DNA of 64,000 bases from Octopus sinensis (GCF_006345805.1 NC_043012.1:18476001-18540000), one strand, 5' to 3'; positions 28,464-42,510 are shown, numbered from the stretch's first letter. Notes: generated from the sequence alone by a model not told the origin. A program made the numbers and translations.

Positions 28464-29359
28464 GCGCACCCCCCATATATATATATATATACTGATATAT
28501 GTATATATATATATATTTAGACATACATATAAGAATATATTTAAACATATCTGCTGTGCAATAATAAATGTATGCAAATATATACATTCACACATGTACA
28601 TACACACAGACACACATACACGTATATGTAAGCACATATACAGGCACACACACACATGTTGCAGTATATGTTAGTAAGTTTGGGAACAGATATTAAAAAA
28701 AAAATAGCAGCAGAAATACAACACTCACCAAAACACACGCATTCTTATAAACGTCTACACGCACACAATTACGTATAAAATATATTTCGTTACTATTGTT
28801 TATTGAATTATTTTTTTTGTCTCCTAAACAGATAACGGCTTTTGGCTATACATTTATTAGCGTTAATATACACGCACATATAAACAGACACAAACGTACA
28901 TACCGCATCAGAATCAACAACAAATATCATACTTAGAAGTCAATAATACACATAGTTGGACTGAGAAACAACAACATATAAATAGACCAGACGCACGCAT
29001 TGGAGACTATTATATAGTATTCAAAGACATAACCACAATGTTTTGGTCAAAATTTTGTCAAATGAATCAATTAACAATTAATAATTGAAGAATGGACTGC
29101 AAGCAATTTTTGATATTTTTTGGCAGACTGACATCCACAATAGAACAGTACACACACAAACACACACACACAAACACACACACATATGCACACACATACA
29201 CACACACACACACGCACGCGCAAATATACGTATATGTTAAAATTTCACGAGATTAAGCACACTGACATCGAAGCATTGGGCTGTTATTCCACATCATATT
29301 ATTAAAAGTAACAACGTAACAAATACTAACTTATATATATGTATATAGATAGAGGGATA

Positions 29360-29417
<58 letters not shown>

Positions 29418-29449
29418 CATACATATAAACATATGTTCATATATATAAC

Positions 29450-29534
<85 letters not shown>

Positions 29535-29537
<3 letters not shown>

Positions 29538-29740
29538 CACAGAATTGGCAGAGTGATAGGAAACTTGCTTCTCTACCACATGGCTCCTGGTTCAGTCCCA
29601 CTGCGTGGCAACGTCGACGGCTGTCTTCCACCACCATACCCTCGAACTAGTACTAGTGTTGTATCCTTGGGGTGGGGGTCAATGTTAATGATTAACCCTC
29701 TCCCACGGAAAGTCCTGCCTCGTGCCTAAATATAAAACCA
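29535..29740 (+). mobile_element. Diverged family B SINE head
   Basis: ccacatggctcctggttcagtcccactgcgtggc. Confidence 0.6.
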
Positions 29741-29914
29741 ATATTTACAAATCCTATTCAGACCCTTGAAAATTTGTGTTTTTCGCTGATTTACATTTGT
29801 ATTTGTCTACTGATTTGTATTAAAATGATAATGAGTCATCTGCTACTAAGATTTTTCTCCTCTTATAGACAGGTTTTCAGGTAAGATGATAATTTTTTCA
29901 AATCGTTCTAAATG

Positions 29915-30345
29915 GCTAAGAGTGGCTCTGTGGTAAGTATCTTGCTTACCAACCACATGGTAAATCAGCCACATGGTTCCGGGTCCAGTCCCACTGCGCG
30001 GCACCTTGGGCAAGTGATTTCAACTATAGCCTCGGACCGACCAATGCGTTGTGAGTGGATTTGGTAGACGGAAACTGACAGAAGCCTGTCGTATATATGT
30101 ATGTACATATATGTATATATATACATATATGTATGTGTGCATGTTTGTGTGTCTGTGTTTGTCCCACCAACATTGCTTGACAACGGATGCTGGTGTGTTT
30201 ACGTCCCCGTAACTTAGCGGTTCGTCCAAACAGACCGATAGAATAAGTAATAGGCTTCCAAAGAATAAGTCTCGCGGTCGATTTTCTCGACTAACGGCGG
30301 TGCTCCAGCATGGCCACAGTCAAATGACTGAAACAATTAAATGGA
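29915..30345 (+). mobile_element. Family B SINE, near full length
   Basis: Head, caccttgggcaagtg core, internal microsatellite and tail all present. Confidence 0.9.
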
Positions 30346-31089
30346 AAGAGGCGAAATGTATTTTTATCTAAATCGTACAAGTTATTAGATATTTTCGGCA
30401 CACACAATCAAACAAAACTATAAATTTATGCGTATCCTGCCATCGTATATATAAATATGAAAATGTGTGTGCGTGCGTGTGTGTGTATGTGTGTGTGTGT
30501 GTGTGTATGCGCGCGCATGCATGTGTATATGTGTTACTTCCCCGCAAACTAGCAGTCCAGGAAAAGGATAATGGCAGTGGATTTGTTAAAATTATGACTT
30601 CATGAAATAACTGAAACATATAAAAGATAAAAGCTTAAGATACAAATATTTTTCTAAGATTTACTATAGAAAACCACCCAACATCTGATGCAAATAAAAT
30701 TGTATGTGTTATGATACCCAAATATTTTTCGTATCGATATAAACGTTGCAAGTAAATAATAACGAGCCATAAAGACGCCAAAAAGTGTCGGCTCGATACC
30801 CATACCAAAAAATACAGAAAAAAATCATAATTCTAATAAAAGCATATCGTGGAATTCTGCAGAGAGTCTAAATTTGACGCTGCATGTTTACTTATGACCA
30901 AATACATAAGTATATCTAGACACCTACGCTAATTGTTTGCATATACACATATTTATATATATATATATATATCGCTATGGGCTCCGTGTGGGCAGTCATC
31001 TAAAAGTTTTTGTTCATCTTGATGCTGACATAAGTTCCTTGTTTTTCCTGATGAGAAGGCGGCATAATGCACCCCTTATTCCTTCGAAA

Positions 31090-31310
31090 TTATATGTCGA
31101 AAATAAAGGAATTTTGTTAATTCGTCGTTCAACTGCATTCTTTCATTTATTTGTATTAAAAAAAAAACACACAAATTTCCACACGAAGGCACGTGATATC
31201 TGCCCTTGGCATGTAGCTTCAACCGTGTTTTTCTGACGTGAATTTGCTACCCAGGTATCGGTTAATCGAATTATCCATAATAAGATAATTCATTCAACTA
31301 CTCAATTACT
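31090..31310 (+). repeat. Dispersed repeat D (other copies at 45213-45412 and partially at ~51490-51560)
   Basis: atatgtcgaaaataaagga.ttttgttaattcgtcgttcaact...gtgaatttgctacccaggtatcggttaa shared; each main copy ends at a (TA)n tract. Confidence 0.85.
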
Positions 31311-31357
31311 TATATATATATATATATATATCTATATATATATATAATATATATATA

Positions 31358-31405
<48 letters not shown>

Positions 31406-31779
31406 GGGGGTGTTTATGTGTGTACGTGTGCATGCATGTGTACTAATGTATGCGCTCTGTGCATGTGTATGGCCTGAATAGAGGCAATTTCATATTGTTA
31501 ATTATCACCATCGCACAAGTCCTTACCAGTCGACACAGTTTGCTAAGACGACTTTTAAGGCCATAACTATGTTGATAATTGAATTTAGTCACTCACTAGT
31601 GAATAGTATCAACTGCGTTTATATATGTATCTACTACTATGTATACACAGAGGCTAATACATACAGAGAGACCTAAATATATGTAGACATTAATTGAATT
31701 ATCATAAAATCAGCGTTTTTGAAAATACATTTAATTTTCAAAATAAAATAGAATCTACAGGCGTAATTTATTTCTCTTT

Positions 31780-32350
31780 TATGAAACCCCACTCCCATTC
31801 AAAGGAATAATACCGCAAAAGTCACGAAGCAGTTCGTTCTGTGTATGTGCACATTTACGTGCAATGGCTTTTGTTAATCATTCGAGTGTTATGAAAAATT
31901 CACGTTTCAAACATCCCATAAATAAATTGAATTCTAGTCGCGTAATGTCCGGTGAAATCGGACGTGTAATCCCCCTGTATGTTAAAATTTTGGTAGGGTA
32001 GGCACTTATAGTTATATGGTAAGATGAAGAAGTACCATTTTGCTGGAGATAAATCTCTACATTTTCAAAATCCTTTGAAATACTTCGCATAAAATTGTTG
32101 CCGTAGTTTCACTTCAATGTAAACTGTCATAGTATCGTCCAAATGAATGCTCATATTTATCCTTTTGGTGATATGCCGCACCATTCTGTAAATTCTGATA
32201 AATAAACATGATGTTCCCCTGTCCTAATCAGATTCTCAGAACTCCAGTAAGCCTAATTTTACCGGCTAATTAGATAACAATTATACAATTTCTTCAAATT
32301 TTGGCAATGACCACAGTCCGGATTATCTTCAATGAGAGCATGAGCTATTT
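31780..32350 (-). mobile_element. Tc1/mariner transposase remnant
   Basis: Minus strand AYWSSEN...EWCGISPKG...DFENVEIYLQQNGTSSSYH...RPISPDITRLEFNLFMGCLK, resembling the YWSSENP, VWCGI, FQQDGAPPHY and SPDLTPLDFFLWGYLK motifs. Confidence 0.75.
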
Positions 32351-32964
32351 TTGGAATGTAACTTTTTCAATGTACGTATGTAAGCATGTAAGTTTGTATA
32401 TATTTTAGCACCATTAATAATATTCACTCGATCATCATACCAATATGGTAATTGATCTAAAGAAGTTGTCACGATTATCTGCTAAATTGATGTTGTATTT
32501 GCCGTAGTCCAGTGACGGGAACATAGACGCACAAACTGATAAAATAACTTTTGCCAGAAATTATAAAACCCCGGGCAAGCATTTAATAATATACATGCTT
32601 ACACTGCAAAACTGAAGCACAACACATCACTAGAGTAAACAATGTCTATCTTAACACGCTTTTCTGAACAGTTGTGCCTACTGCGCCAAATTTCGGAGAA
32701 ATTAATTTCTGCAAATACTGAAGTGCATATGTCAACCAAATTTAGCAACATAAACAAATCCTCTCTTAACGACGCTCCTTGTCACTTATATGAAGAGACC
32801 ACTAAATATATGCAGAGAACCTCTGAGAATTATCATAATAATGAAATGATTACAACTCTATTAAGATATACAGAAGTAACGTAAAATCCCCACCAATTTC
32901 CGCCAAATTGTACAAAACCGTTTTATTAAGATCTATGCTTTCTTCATTGTGTGTTATAGACACT

Positions 32965-33307
32965 ACTGTGGATGGGTGCACTCCGTCGGTTACGACGACG
33001 AGGGTTCCGGTTGACCGAATCAATGGAACAGCCTGCTCGTGAAATTAACGTGTAAGTGGCTGAGCACTCCTCAGACACGTGTACCCTTAACGTACTTCTC
33101 GGGGATATTCAGCGTGACACAGAGAGTGACAAGGCCGGCCCTTTGAAATACAAGGTACAACAGAAACAGGAAGTAAGAGTGAGAGAAAATTGTCATAGGA
33201 TCGCGCTTTCGATTCCCAGACCGGGCGTTGTGAGTGTTTATTGAGCGAAAACACTTAAAGCTCCACGAGGCTCCGGCAGGGGATGGTGTCGATCCCTGCT
33301 GTACACT
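32965..33307 (-). mobile_element. SINE family C with its 5' part (33194-33307) inverted in place
   Basis: Comparison with 43470-43662: after gagagaaaattgt the expected continuation appears as its reverse complement. Confidence 0.8.
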
Positions 33308-33339
33308 ACTGTACGCGAACTGTGTCTATATACATTCAT

Positions 33340-33400
<61 letters not shown>

Positions 33401-33437
33401 CACACACACACACACAAACACACACATACACACATAC

Positions 33438-33560
33438 TGTTATGTCGCAATACTACACAGTGGCGACGAGGTTTCGAATAGTACCGAAATGGAAGAGTTA
33501 CTGAAAGCAGTTGTAAAACCACAAGAGTAGCAGTCGGTAGACTAGAAGAGAGAACAGTTG
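33438..33560 (+). mobile_element. Possible Ty3/gypsy remnant: LTR end, PBS-like TGGCGACGAGG and gag-like start
   Basis: ...acacag TGGCGACGAGG at 33461-33471, then ATG at 33489 reading MEELLKAVVKPQE*Q. Confidence 0.4.
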
Positions 33561-34982
33561 AGTAGCGGCGAGAGCAGAATAGAGTGATGTAGAGGTCATC
33601 CGAACGTGCGAAATAACACATATATAAATATGCATACTTGTATATGTTACTCTCACATAACAATGCACACACACACATTTCAATTCGGTGATACTTTCTT
33701 TCATGCATATTGTGATTTGACTAGTGTGAATTTGAATCTAACATTTTTCACTTTATGTTTGATTTTGTTCATGTGTATTAGTTTCTAGAGTTTGAACCAA
33801 AAGTCTCGTAAGTCGTTTTAGTCATAACGGTCGGCCTCACGTCCATATTTATTTATCTATTACAAGAAAAATACACCATAAATATTTTTACATGTTCGTC
33901 GCAACGTAGCCCAGATTATAAGATTTATAAAATCGTATTCATATTGCTGGCGTAGTTGAAGAATTGCAGCACTAGTAATGAAAGATTAAATCAATAGATA
34001 AATAAGTTTGTATTAAATGATTTAATAAAATAACATTTTTTTCTATACTATACTCAGAAAGTAATAACAACACCGTTATATTCTGGACACTCAATGGTGA
34101 ATTTACATTACAATCTAAAGCTATTCAATGCCCACCAAAGAAATTATTATTCCATTATAAATCTGCTCCGCTTTTGTATCTAATATCAATAATATTATCT
34201 GTAGATTATACCTATAGTTATTAAATATCCTACTATATATTTGAGAAAACGTCTTGAATTCATACAAAATAATAAATGGCTGTAAAGAAAATGCAATATT
34301 TGTATATTAGTTTCACTTACTTTCATATGAAAAGCTTTGGTTTTTTATTGCTAAATGTTTTTTTCCCTGCTAAATTCATTGTCACGTCATACTGGCAGAC
34401 ACTTATGCATAGCCAGATATTTCTGTTTACCAGTGAATGATTTCATTCCTTTATCAACATATTTCTGGCATTAACAGGCGTCTCAGTATCGACAGTTGCA
34501 CAGAATATTTTGTTCGCTGGAGTTAATTAAGAAACCTTTAATTGTACTTTATTGTATTGCTTCGATTGAAAAAAGAAACATACACATTGATTGCTCTCTC
34601 CACACTTGCAAAGTGAAGTCTAAAAAGCAAACAAAGACCCTAGAAAAATGAACAAAATTCACGTTAGATGCAAATAAAACTAAATGTGTATTTAAGGCTA
34701 CTATTGTCTTCTGCCTATTTGTTTGCGTTCAGGCGGTTTTGTATTACTGGAAAACGTGTGTGTACAAGGTAGCACACAACATATTAATCGAGATATTATA
34801 CTAAACTACATACCACAACGAGCGAGAAGGAGAGCTGAAATTAGAAAACGACGAATATTATACAACTTGTAAACTGTCTCAACACTCTGATGCTTTGCAA
34901 TTCAAATATTTTCATACACATACATCCTTGTTATTCATTGATGCACAGCAAATAAAAGATTCTCTAACAACCTTACAACAGC

Positions 34983-35016
<34 letters not shown>

Positions 35017-35029
35017 CGGGAAGCTTTAT

Positions 35030-35165
35030 GAAAATAAACAAAAGACGAAGGCAGGTGGAATACAAACGAACAATTGTATTAGTATGGCGCTCAAGAATAT
35101 AAATAATACAAGTCTTTTACGTGTAGAGCCTACGCTCTTCAACAGAAAGATACACAGAAAAGAAA
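35030..35165 (-). mobile_element. Penelope-like terminal module (family of 15215-15300), decayed hammerhead-like core
   Basis: Minus strand ctttCTGTTGAagagcgtaggctctacacgtaaaag. Confidence 0.5.
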
Positions 35166-36867
35166 CACATATATTATATGCATGTGCGTGTGTATTTGTG
35201 TTTGTGTGTGTATGTATCCCCATGTCCATTGAGAGAGATAAATACATAAATACATGTCCAGGAAGGTAGAATGATAAACAAAGAAATAATAATGGATAAA
35301 ATATAGGATACATTTATAGTTGTTTGGATAGATAATGTTTCATCCTATCTTACAAGTAGTGGAAAGAGTAGAAATGTTCCAGTAATGTAATATCTGTATA
35401 ATTGCTCGGCCTGATAGCAAAAGAGCAAACAAAAAAACCCCTAAAATTTTACCGTTAATTATTTTAGGGCCAGGGTATGACTGGAAATAACATTGGTTAA
35501 TCACAGCTTCAAGGTCCAAAAAAGGCTGACCTTGGTATTAAACAGCACAGTTGAAAAATTGCATTTATATTCTTTGTTAGATTATCCAATTCCTTAAAAA
35601 ATGTTCATATGACCGTCCCTCATTAGGAAGCTTTATAATTAGATTACTTGCTGCTAATTTGATTAATTTAAGTAAGGTTGTATATTGTTTTGAACACCTT
35701 TCATTAAAGAATTGGATAAGCTGGCAGAATAATTAGTAAAACGGACAGAATGTATCACAGAATTACTTCCGGCTATAAGTGAAGAATTAAAATTTCGTCG
35801 AGGTTGACCTACTATTTCTTCTATCTCTAAAAAAAAGTGTCATTTGAACGGTGAAATTGACGTAATCGATTAGCCTGCTTTTACGCAAATCTCCAGGTCT
35901 TGCGCCTATGGCAGACGTCGCCGCCACCACCATCGCCTCGCCATCGCTTCCGTATTCGTGATGGTCACCGCCATGCCTCGTACACTTTTGCATCACTTTG
36001 TTGACACTACAAGGAAAGTTTTCTCGTTAAAGCGTGCGATCTGCCATCGAATAAAGCGGTAGCGTTACATCGTTCTGGCACTAGCATTGTCCTCTAGTGG
36101 CAGTGATAATGGGGTGGATTGCCATTGCCTTCTTGAACTGGATGGTCATTGGCTCATAAGCAGTACATCCGACCTTTGACAAGTCTTCTTAGTCCTGAGG
36201 GTGCTCAGAACCCTCCTCACAAGAAGAGCAATTACCCAAGTGAACAAAAAACATGTTTATTCACCGAGCTTTATCTGTAGTAGTTCTCATTAGCCTGTGA
36301 TAAGATCCCTGACCTCTCTATACTAGAAAATATTATTCATGAAATATCATGCCATACTCAAGTTTGAGTTTCGTCATTTTCAGTTCAGTAAAAATAACGT
36401 ACAAAGGAGATATTGACTTCAAAATATTGAAAATTCACTTGGCAAGGTTGTGCCAACACAGAATTGCTTTTGTTTGTTTCCAAACGCTTGAAGATTTTTT
36501 TTTTTTCAATTTTCAATGGATTGATTTAAAATTTTCTACGGATGTAGATTTACAAGCTGATGACGAATATTGCATTCATTTTTTCGAAAAAAATTAGTTT
36601 TTAACCTCATAGAAACATTTAAAGAGATATGTTTTGGGCCAATTAACGAGTTGTTTCCTCTCAAGCTGATGTCGAAGCTGTTTGCTGCTATGGCAACCTA
36701 ATTGCCATGACAACATTGATCAAAATGAAGAAGAGAAGCATGTGGCATCTTTTCAAATGAATTTAATGAAAGAAATGAAAACAGACAAACAGTTTTTTTC
36801 TTCTAAAATGATAAAGGAACACAATAAGGAAGTAATGAATATTTTCTTGAAGATTTATATTTATATA

Positions 36868-36943
36868 CAATAATAATAATAATAATATAATAATAATAAT
36901 AAATAATAATAATAATAATAAATAATAATAATAATAATAATAA

Positions 36944-36974
<31 letters not shown>

Positions 36975-37025
36975 GAGAAGAAAAAGAAGAAAAAAAGAAG
37001 AAAAAAAGAAGAAAAAAAGAAGAGG
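36868..37025. repeat. Compound (AAT)n then (AAG)n microsatellite
   Basis: Direct observation. Confidence 0.95.
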
Positions 37026-37079
37026 AAAAGAATACGCCTGAACAGGAAAACAAGAAAACTAACATCTAAAAACATGCAC

Positions 37080-38160
37080 CACCGATAATCTGACGTTGAT
37101 CGTCAGTACCTTCCTACAAGTAATGGGGGAAGATGAATGATTCGAGTAGAACTGTGCTACAAGACTTCCATCATAGCAATGAACAAGTACTTATCTATTA
37201 CAGGGGACTGAATGCTGCGGCTTGTGTGCTAACACGAAATCAGCAAAAGATCAAACTCCATTGTGAAGGAAGCTTCCAAATCCACAAACGAACGCGGCAT
37301 TAACCCTGAATTGGAACAAGAAGCGGAAACAACTTCCACCAAACAATCAAACGGATCAAACATATAGCAAAAAAGTATGGGCAGAAACAAACCGAGAAGA
37401 GGTGGAGCTAGACACCTCTGCATGGACATTATATACTTCGAAACCGAAATGCTCATGTAGAGCAAGCAACAACCCATTGGTGGCTGAGAAGGTCTGAATG
37501 CAGAGAATGAAGGTTTCTAATTTGCGACACAAGATCAAAGCTTGCTTACCAAAAATTACCAGAGTAAATTCTTTAAAACGGTTCACACTCTAAATGCAGA
37601 TTCTGCAATAAATTTTTTGAAACTATAGAGCATCTCGTCTCGGGATGTCCTGTACTGAGACCAAGCGAACAGAAATAATTGCTACGATAATGTAGGACAG
37701 GATTTATAAAAAATGTAAATACTACAAAATCAGAACTCCTGCTTACTGGACATAATCCTGAGTCAATCGTTGAATGTAAAAATGTCACTATCCTCGGGGA
37801 TTTTCCAGTCAACACCGACTGAATGGTGCAGGCTAATCTACAAGAGAGTCATTAAAGAGAAGGAAGAAAATGCTTCTGCACTAATAGATGTAAGTACTCC
37901 CACCGCCAATAATATATCTGTAAAGAAAGGTGACGAATTAATTAAATATAAGGACGTGGAAATTGAAATACAAAATGTGTGGCATCTTAAAGCGGGAACT
38001 AATCCCATTATTGTAGGTTATAACTGGGCAGTTATGATAAGAAAAGGATGTCAGAAACATGTAGATAATATCCGGCGAGAACCATGTCTCAGAGAAATCC
38101 AAAAGATTCTGCTGATAAATACTGCCCACGTCCTATGAAAAACCCTTTTAATTTAAATAT
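37080..38160 (+). mobile_element. R4/Dong-like LINE 3' fragment with CCHC knuckle and REL endonuclease
   Basis: KCRFCNKFFETIEHLVSGCP at ~37592-37650; ALIDVSTPTANNISVKKGDELIKYKDVEIEIQNVWHLKAGTNPIIVG at ~37880-38020. Confidence 0.9.
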
Positions 38161-38328
38161 CTGTATTGTAATATATGATGATACTTCACTACTGCACCTA
38201 CCCCTTCTTGTCCCCATGCCTTCAATCATACTCTAACATGTCTTATATTTTACTAGCCCAGGGCACTGGATGTGTCTCAGCAAGTGATTGTAACAAACAT
38301 GCAGATAATAATAATAATAATAATAATA

Positions 38329-38378
<50 letters not shown>

Positions 38379-38379
38379 T

Positions 38380-38720
38380 AGCATGATGTTGCATGACAAT
38401 TTTACCTACAAATAGTCAAGAAGGAAGTCTAAAAGATAGACAAAAATAACCCTCTTAAGTCCGATATAACTCGGTTATGGAAAATACAGATGGTGAAGAT
38501 AATGCCAGTTATTGTTGGGTCTTTGGGGACAGTACTAGAAAGCATCAAGAGGAATATAAATGAAATTGGAATAGTGTCCAGTCGAGAATTTACAAATGTT
38601 TTGCCTCAGAATAATCAGGAAAGTACTAGATAGCTAAAAGGAGTGTATAGCATGGTAACATAGGCTGCAGGTAGCAACCACGATACGCTTGCAAGACACC
38701 AGGAGCTGAAACAAAACCTG
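38380..38720 (+). mobile_element. Second R4/Dong-like LINE 3' end, starting right after an (AAT)n tract
   Basis: LKSDITRLWKIQMVKIMPVIVGSLGTV, matching the ..IPIIIGALGTI endonuclease tail. Confidence 0.7.
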
Positions 38721-38979
38721 TGTTAAATAGAAAGAAAAAAATTAATAATAACGTTATTGCCATAGCCATAGTTAGATTTCTTCGATATGCCGTTTGAAAT
38801 AACAACCCAAGTAAAACGAAGTCACATGAATAAAACAGAATTTTCTCTCTGATATTTTTTCATTTTGTTTTCTTCCTACTACTTGAAAATTTATATTTAT
38901 ATACATTGCCATGCTGAAAGTTCTTCGAACTGCCACTAGAAGTGAAACGGAAACACATTGAAGGTAGCAATACAATGCA

Positions 38980-39480
38980 GTATCTATTTTAAAGAAGTCT
39001 CGTTTTTCAGACCTGCGGTGCCTCATTGATCGCAGAGATACGAGTTTACTATAACATGATGAGTGTCTCAGAACTGTTTATTTCCTCCCTTCAGACAGAC
39101 TCAATTGCTTCTTATTTGCCGAGTGTGGATCCCGACCTGCTAGTTTACCGTGGTTCATCGTTCTATGGCGAAACTGATATCCTGGTATCTCAGGAATATA
39201 CGAGTATGCAATCCATAGGTCAAAATAAATAGCTGTTCCTGGCAAAAGTCATTGGCGAATGGTTTTTTCAAGGTTCAAGTGTATTATATTGTCAAGAAGG
39301 TTGGCAAAAAGAAAGGTGTCTCGAAATTGGTGATACACACCACCGAAAACCCAATTTTCGAGTAGTATTCAACCCCGTATGTATTTTCTTCTCGGAAAGA
39401 CTGATTCGTCTATTTCAACAATTCTGCCAGGATCAAAACTTTTGGTCACATTGCGCAGATCATCTTCACGGATCTCGCGG
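38980..39480 (-). mobile_element. Merlin (IS1016/IS1595-like) transposase remnant
   Basis: DPGRIVEIDESVFPRRKYIRG*ILLENWVFGGV...LLPGTAIYFDLWIAY...GYQFRHRTMNH, matching the VEIDES, WVFGG, PGT.I.SD.W.AY and TVNH motifs. Confidence 0.85.
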
Positions 39481-40725
39481 GAATTTTTTTCTGGATCTGA
39501 CTTATGCTCCCGCATCAATCCTTAGTTCTTCTTTATAAAACTTGTCGTCATTGCTTTCACCCAGCCTTAAATAATTATAATTATGATTAGCCCCTTCCCA
39601 CCACGTACTTCTTCTAACAGACACGAACTCCAGTATTGGCAGCCTTGTTTGTATTCAAATTAATTACTTGCTGAAGCAGAGTTTCCAGGACAACACACAT
39701 TTTTAAATTCTGCGATGAGGACAGTGGCTAAAATTTCATTGGCTTAAAATGAGTAACTTTAAAATATTCCTTCTGATTTATAATTTTTCCCAAAAGATAA
39801 CTGCGATATTCTGAATCTCAACACGAAATTATATCAAAGGTACAACTTTTTAAAAACTTTCTGATTATGTTTTGTGACTAGAAGCAAACGAAAAAGATCG
39901 CCAACATCAAACATTGTTGGTAAAAGAATTAAAAATGTGTATTTCAATCAACGTGATTTGAGACTTGCACATTATGGTTAGAATTCGATACCATAACGTA
40001 TGTACCCTAGCATTCTACACATTGATCTAAATGTTTTAGAGTAATTATATTTTATCTCCACGATAGTCTTAGGGCAGTCAGTAATGAGTTCAAATGCCAA
40101 ATTTCTTTAAAAAATAATTGCGCTGACAGTGTATGCGTATTCATAAGCAAATAATATTCTTGAACGACAAAATTTGATATTTGGAAACAAAAAAAGAAAA
40201 AAAAAAGAAACAATGAAAGAGAGGAAGAAAATAATACCAAATATTTTGATTCACAATTTACAAAATAAAAGTAGTGAGTGACATGACGTATAATACAACG
40301 CCATAAGCAAATATTTCTATATGGAGAATATTAAATAAGAGTATAGCAAACGATACACATATTCTTGTATTGTTTAATTTTCAATATGAGATGAATTATA
40401 TATACAAAAAGAAAGATGTATTTAATAATAGGCAAAGAATATTCTGTCATTTCCTGGAACTATTCATAGAGTAGGAACACTAACGCTATTTGTGAATTTT
40501 TTGATGTGTGTGATAACAACATAAACAAAAAGAACAAAAGAATATGAATAATGAAATTCGCTCCGCTGCATCACGATTTAACAGAGGGAAATAGATCAGA
40601 AATGTGATTATTTATTAACAAACATACATGCATCGACACACACACAGAAAAATGTATCGAACATATCATATATACAAATATGTATGTGTGTGTGTGCGCC
40701 TGTGTGTGTGTGTGTGTATGCATGT

Positions 40726-40775
<50 letters not shown>

Positions 40776-41389
40776 ATGTATGTATATGTACACATATATT
40801 AGATGTCTGTCTGTATGCTTGTTGACGCGTGAATGTTTACTACTACTACTACTACTACTACAAGTACAACTGCTACTACTAGTACTACATAATTATATAT
40901 TTGTTGTATTGATATGTGTATTATCATTTATCTCTGCATAGGTCAGAAGCAAAAGTACCTTCAATAAAAATAATATACTAGGTTTACATTCATACCAGCA
41001 AATAATATATTTCTGGTGTTGGCATATAACTGGTCAGAATGGAAATACTAAAGAGTGTTCGTCACTATGTCTGAAGTCATCGGTTTTTTACCGTGTCAAT
41101 ATTAGGCATAAAATCGGCAGTAATATTTTAGCCATTTATAAGTATATCAATCTATCTATCTCTCTATCAATCTACTTATCTAGATAGATAGATGTGAAGA
41201 CAGAGAGAGAGAGAGAGGGGGGGAGAGAGGGAGAGAGAGGCAGATACAGTGATGCACACACATAAATTACATATAATCCGATAAACATACATATGTTCAG
41301 ATGTAAGGGTGTTATAACCAATTTATATGTTTCTTTATTCTTCATACCTATATACATTCTTACTCACAGTTTGGCAACATTTAGCACAA

Positions 41390-41540
41390 GAGTAAGTAGA
41401 TAATATCGACCCCGGTACTCAGGTAGTATCTATATAATCTAGTCTTAAAGGCAATAGATGATCTCTGCGCGGAATTTGAACTCAGAATACAAAGGTGCTT
41501 TCCCGGTGTGCAAAGGATTCTGTCAGCCCACAGCCTTCAT
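41390..41540 (-). mobile_element. Decayed family A SINE
   Basis: atcgaccccgg and ggaatttgaactcagaa motifs. Confidence 0.5.
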
Positions 41541-42092
41541 ATAAATTATTAATGTATGAATCTTACTGCCTATCATAATAAATCATTTCTATTAATGGAT
41601 ATCATGATAACAATGAAAATCATTAACCATATATGGTTTCATTTAATAGAAAGGGCATTATTATGTTAAAATCACAACCTCACACAATACCCAACCGATT
41701 ATTTCCCTTAAACTAAGTACCTTTCCTTTATTGTAAATGTTATCCTTAACTAAAACATTGCCAAATATTTAATCTAAAATGCATTTTCTAATCATTCATC
41801 GTGGTATAAAATGTACAAATAGAAAAATATGAATGGCAGATTTAATATTAAACGAAGAATTTGATCAAATCTCATGCATGAACTACACTAAATAAGAGAA
41901 TACAAAATTAATCTAAATCGTTGCTTTGTCTCCAAACCTAGCGGGATACACTTCTCTCCTTTGGCAAACTCACTGTATATGTACATAACATTTCTACGTC
42001 AAACTTATATTGTTTTCAGCTGAGAAAATAATGTATGCTAATCTCTTATTTGGCAAAAGTCTGAGCACATATATTTATCATATTTCAACAAT

Positions 42093-42510
42093 GGCGCAGC
42101 AGTGGCTGTGTGGTAAGTAGCTTGCTAACAAACCACATGGTTCCGGGTTCAGTCCCACTGCGTGGCATCTTGGGCAAGTGTCTTCTGCTATAGCCCCGGG
42201 CCGACCAATGCCTTGTGAGTGGATTTGGTAGACGGAAACTGAAAGAAGCCTGTGGTATATATGTATATATATATATATGTGTGTGTGTGTGTTTGTGTGT
42301 CTGTGTTTGTCCCCCCTAGCATTGCTTGACAACCGATGCTGGTGTGTTTACGTCCCCGTCACTTAGCGGTTCGGCAAAAGAGACCGATAGAATAAGTACT
42401 GGGCTTACAAAGAATAAGTCTCGTGGTCGATTTGCTCGATTAAAGGCGGTGCTCCAGCATGGCCGCAGTCAAATGACTGAAACAGGTAAAAGAGTAAAGA
42501 GTAAAGAGTA
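42093..42510 (+). mobile_element. tRNA-derived SINE, family B, best full-length copy
   Basis: Box A-like TGGCTGTGTGG, box B-like GGTTCAGTCCC, CORE-like cttgggcaagtg, internal (TA)/(TG) tract and gtaaaga tail repeats. Confidence 0.92.

Noticed and set aside
35890-36240. GC-rich patch with gaaggcaatggcaatccacc on the minus strand, reminiscent of RTE 5' regions
   Set aside because: I could not build an HDV-like fold or a LINE ORF by eye; left unassigned
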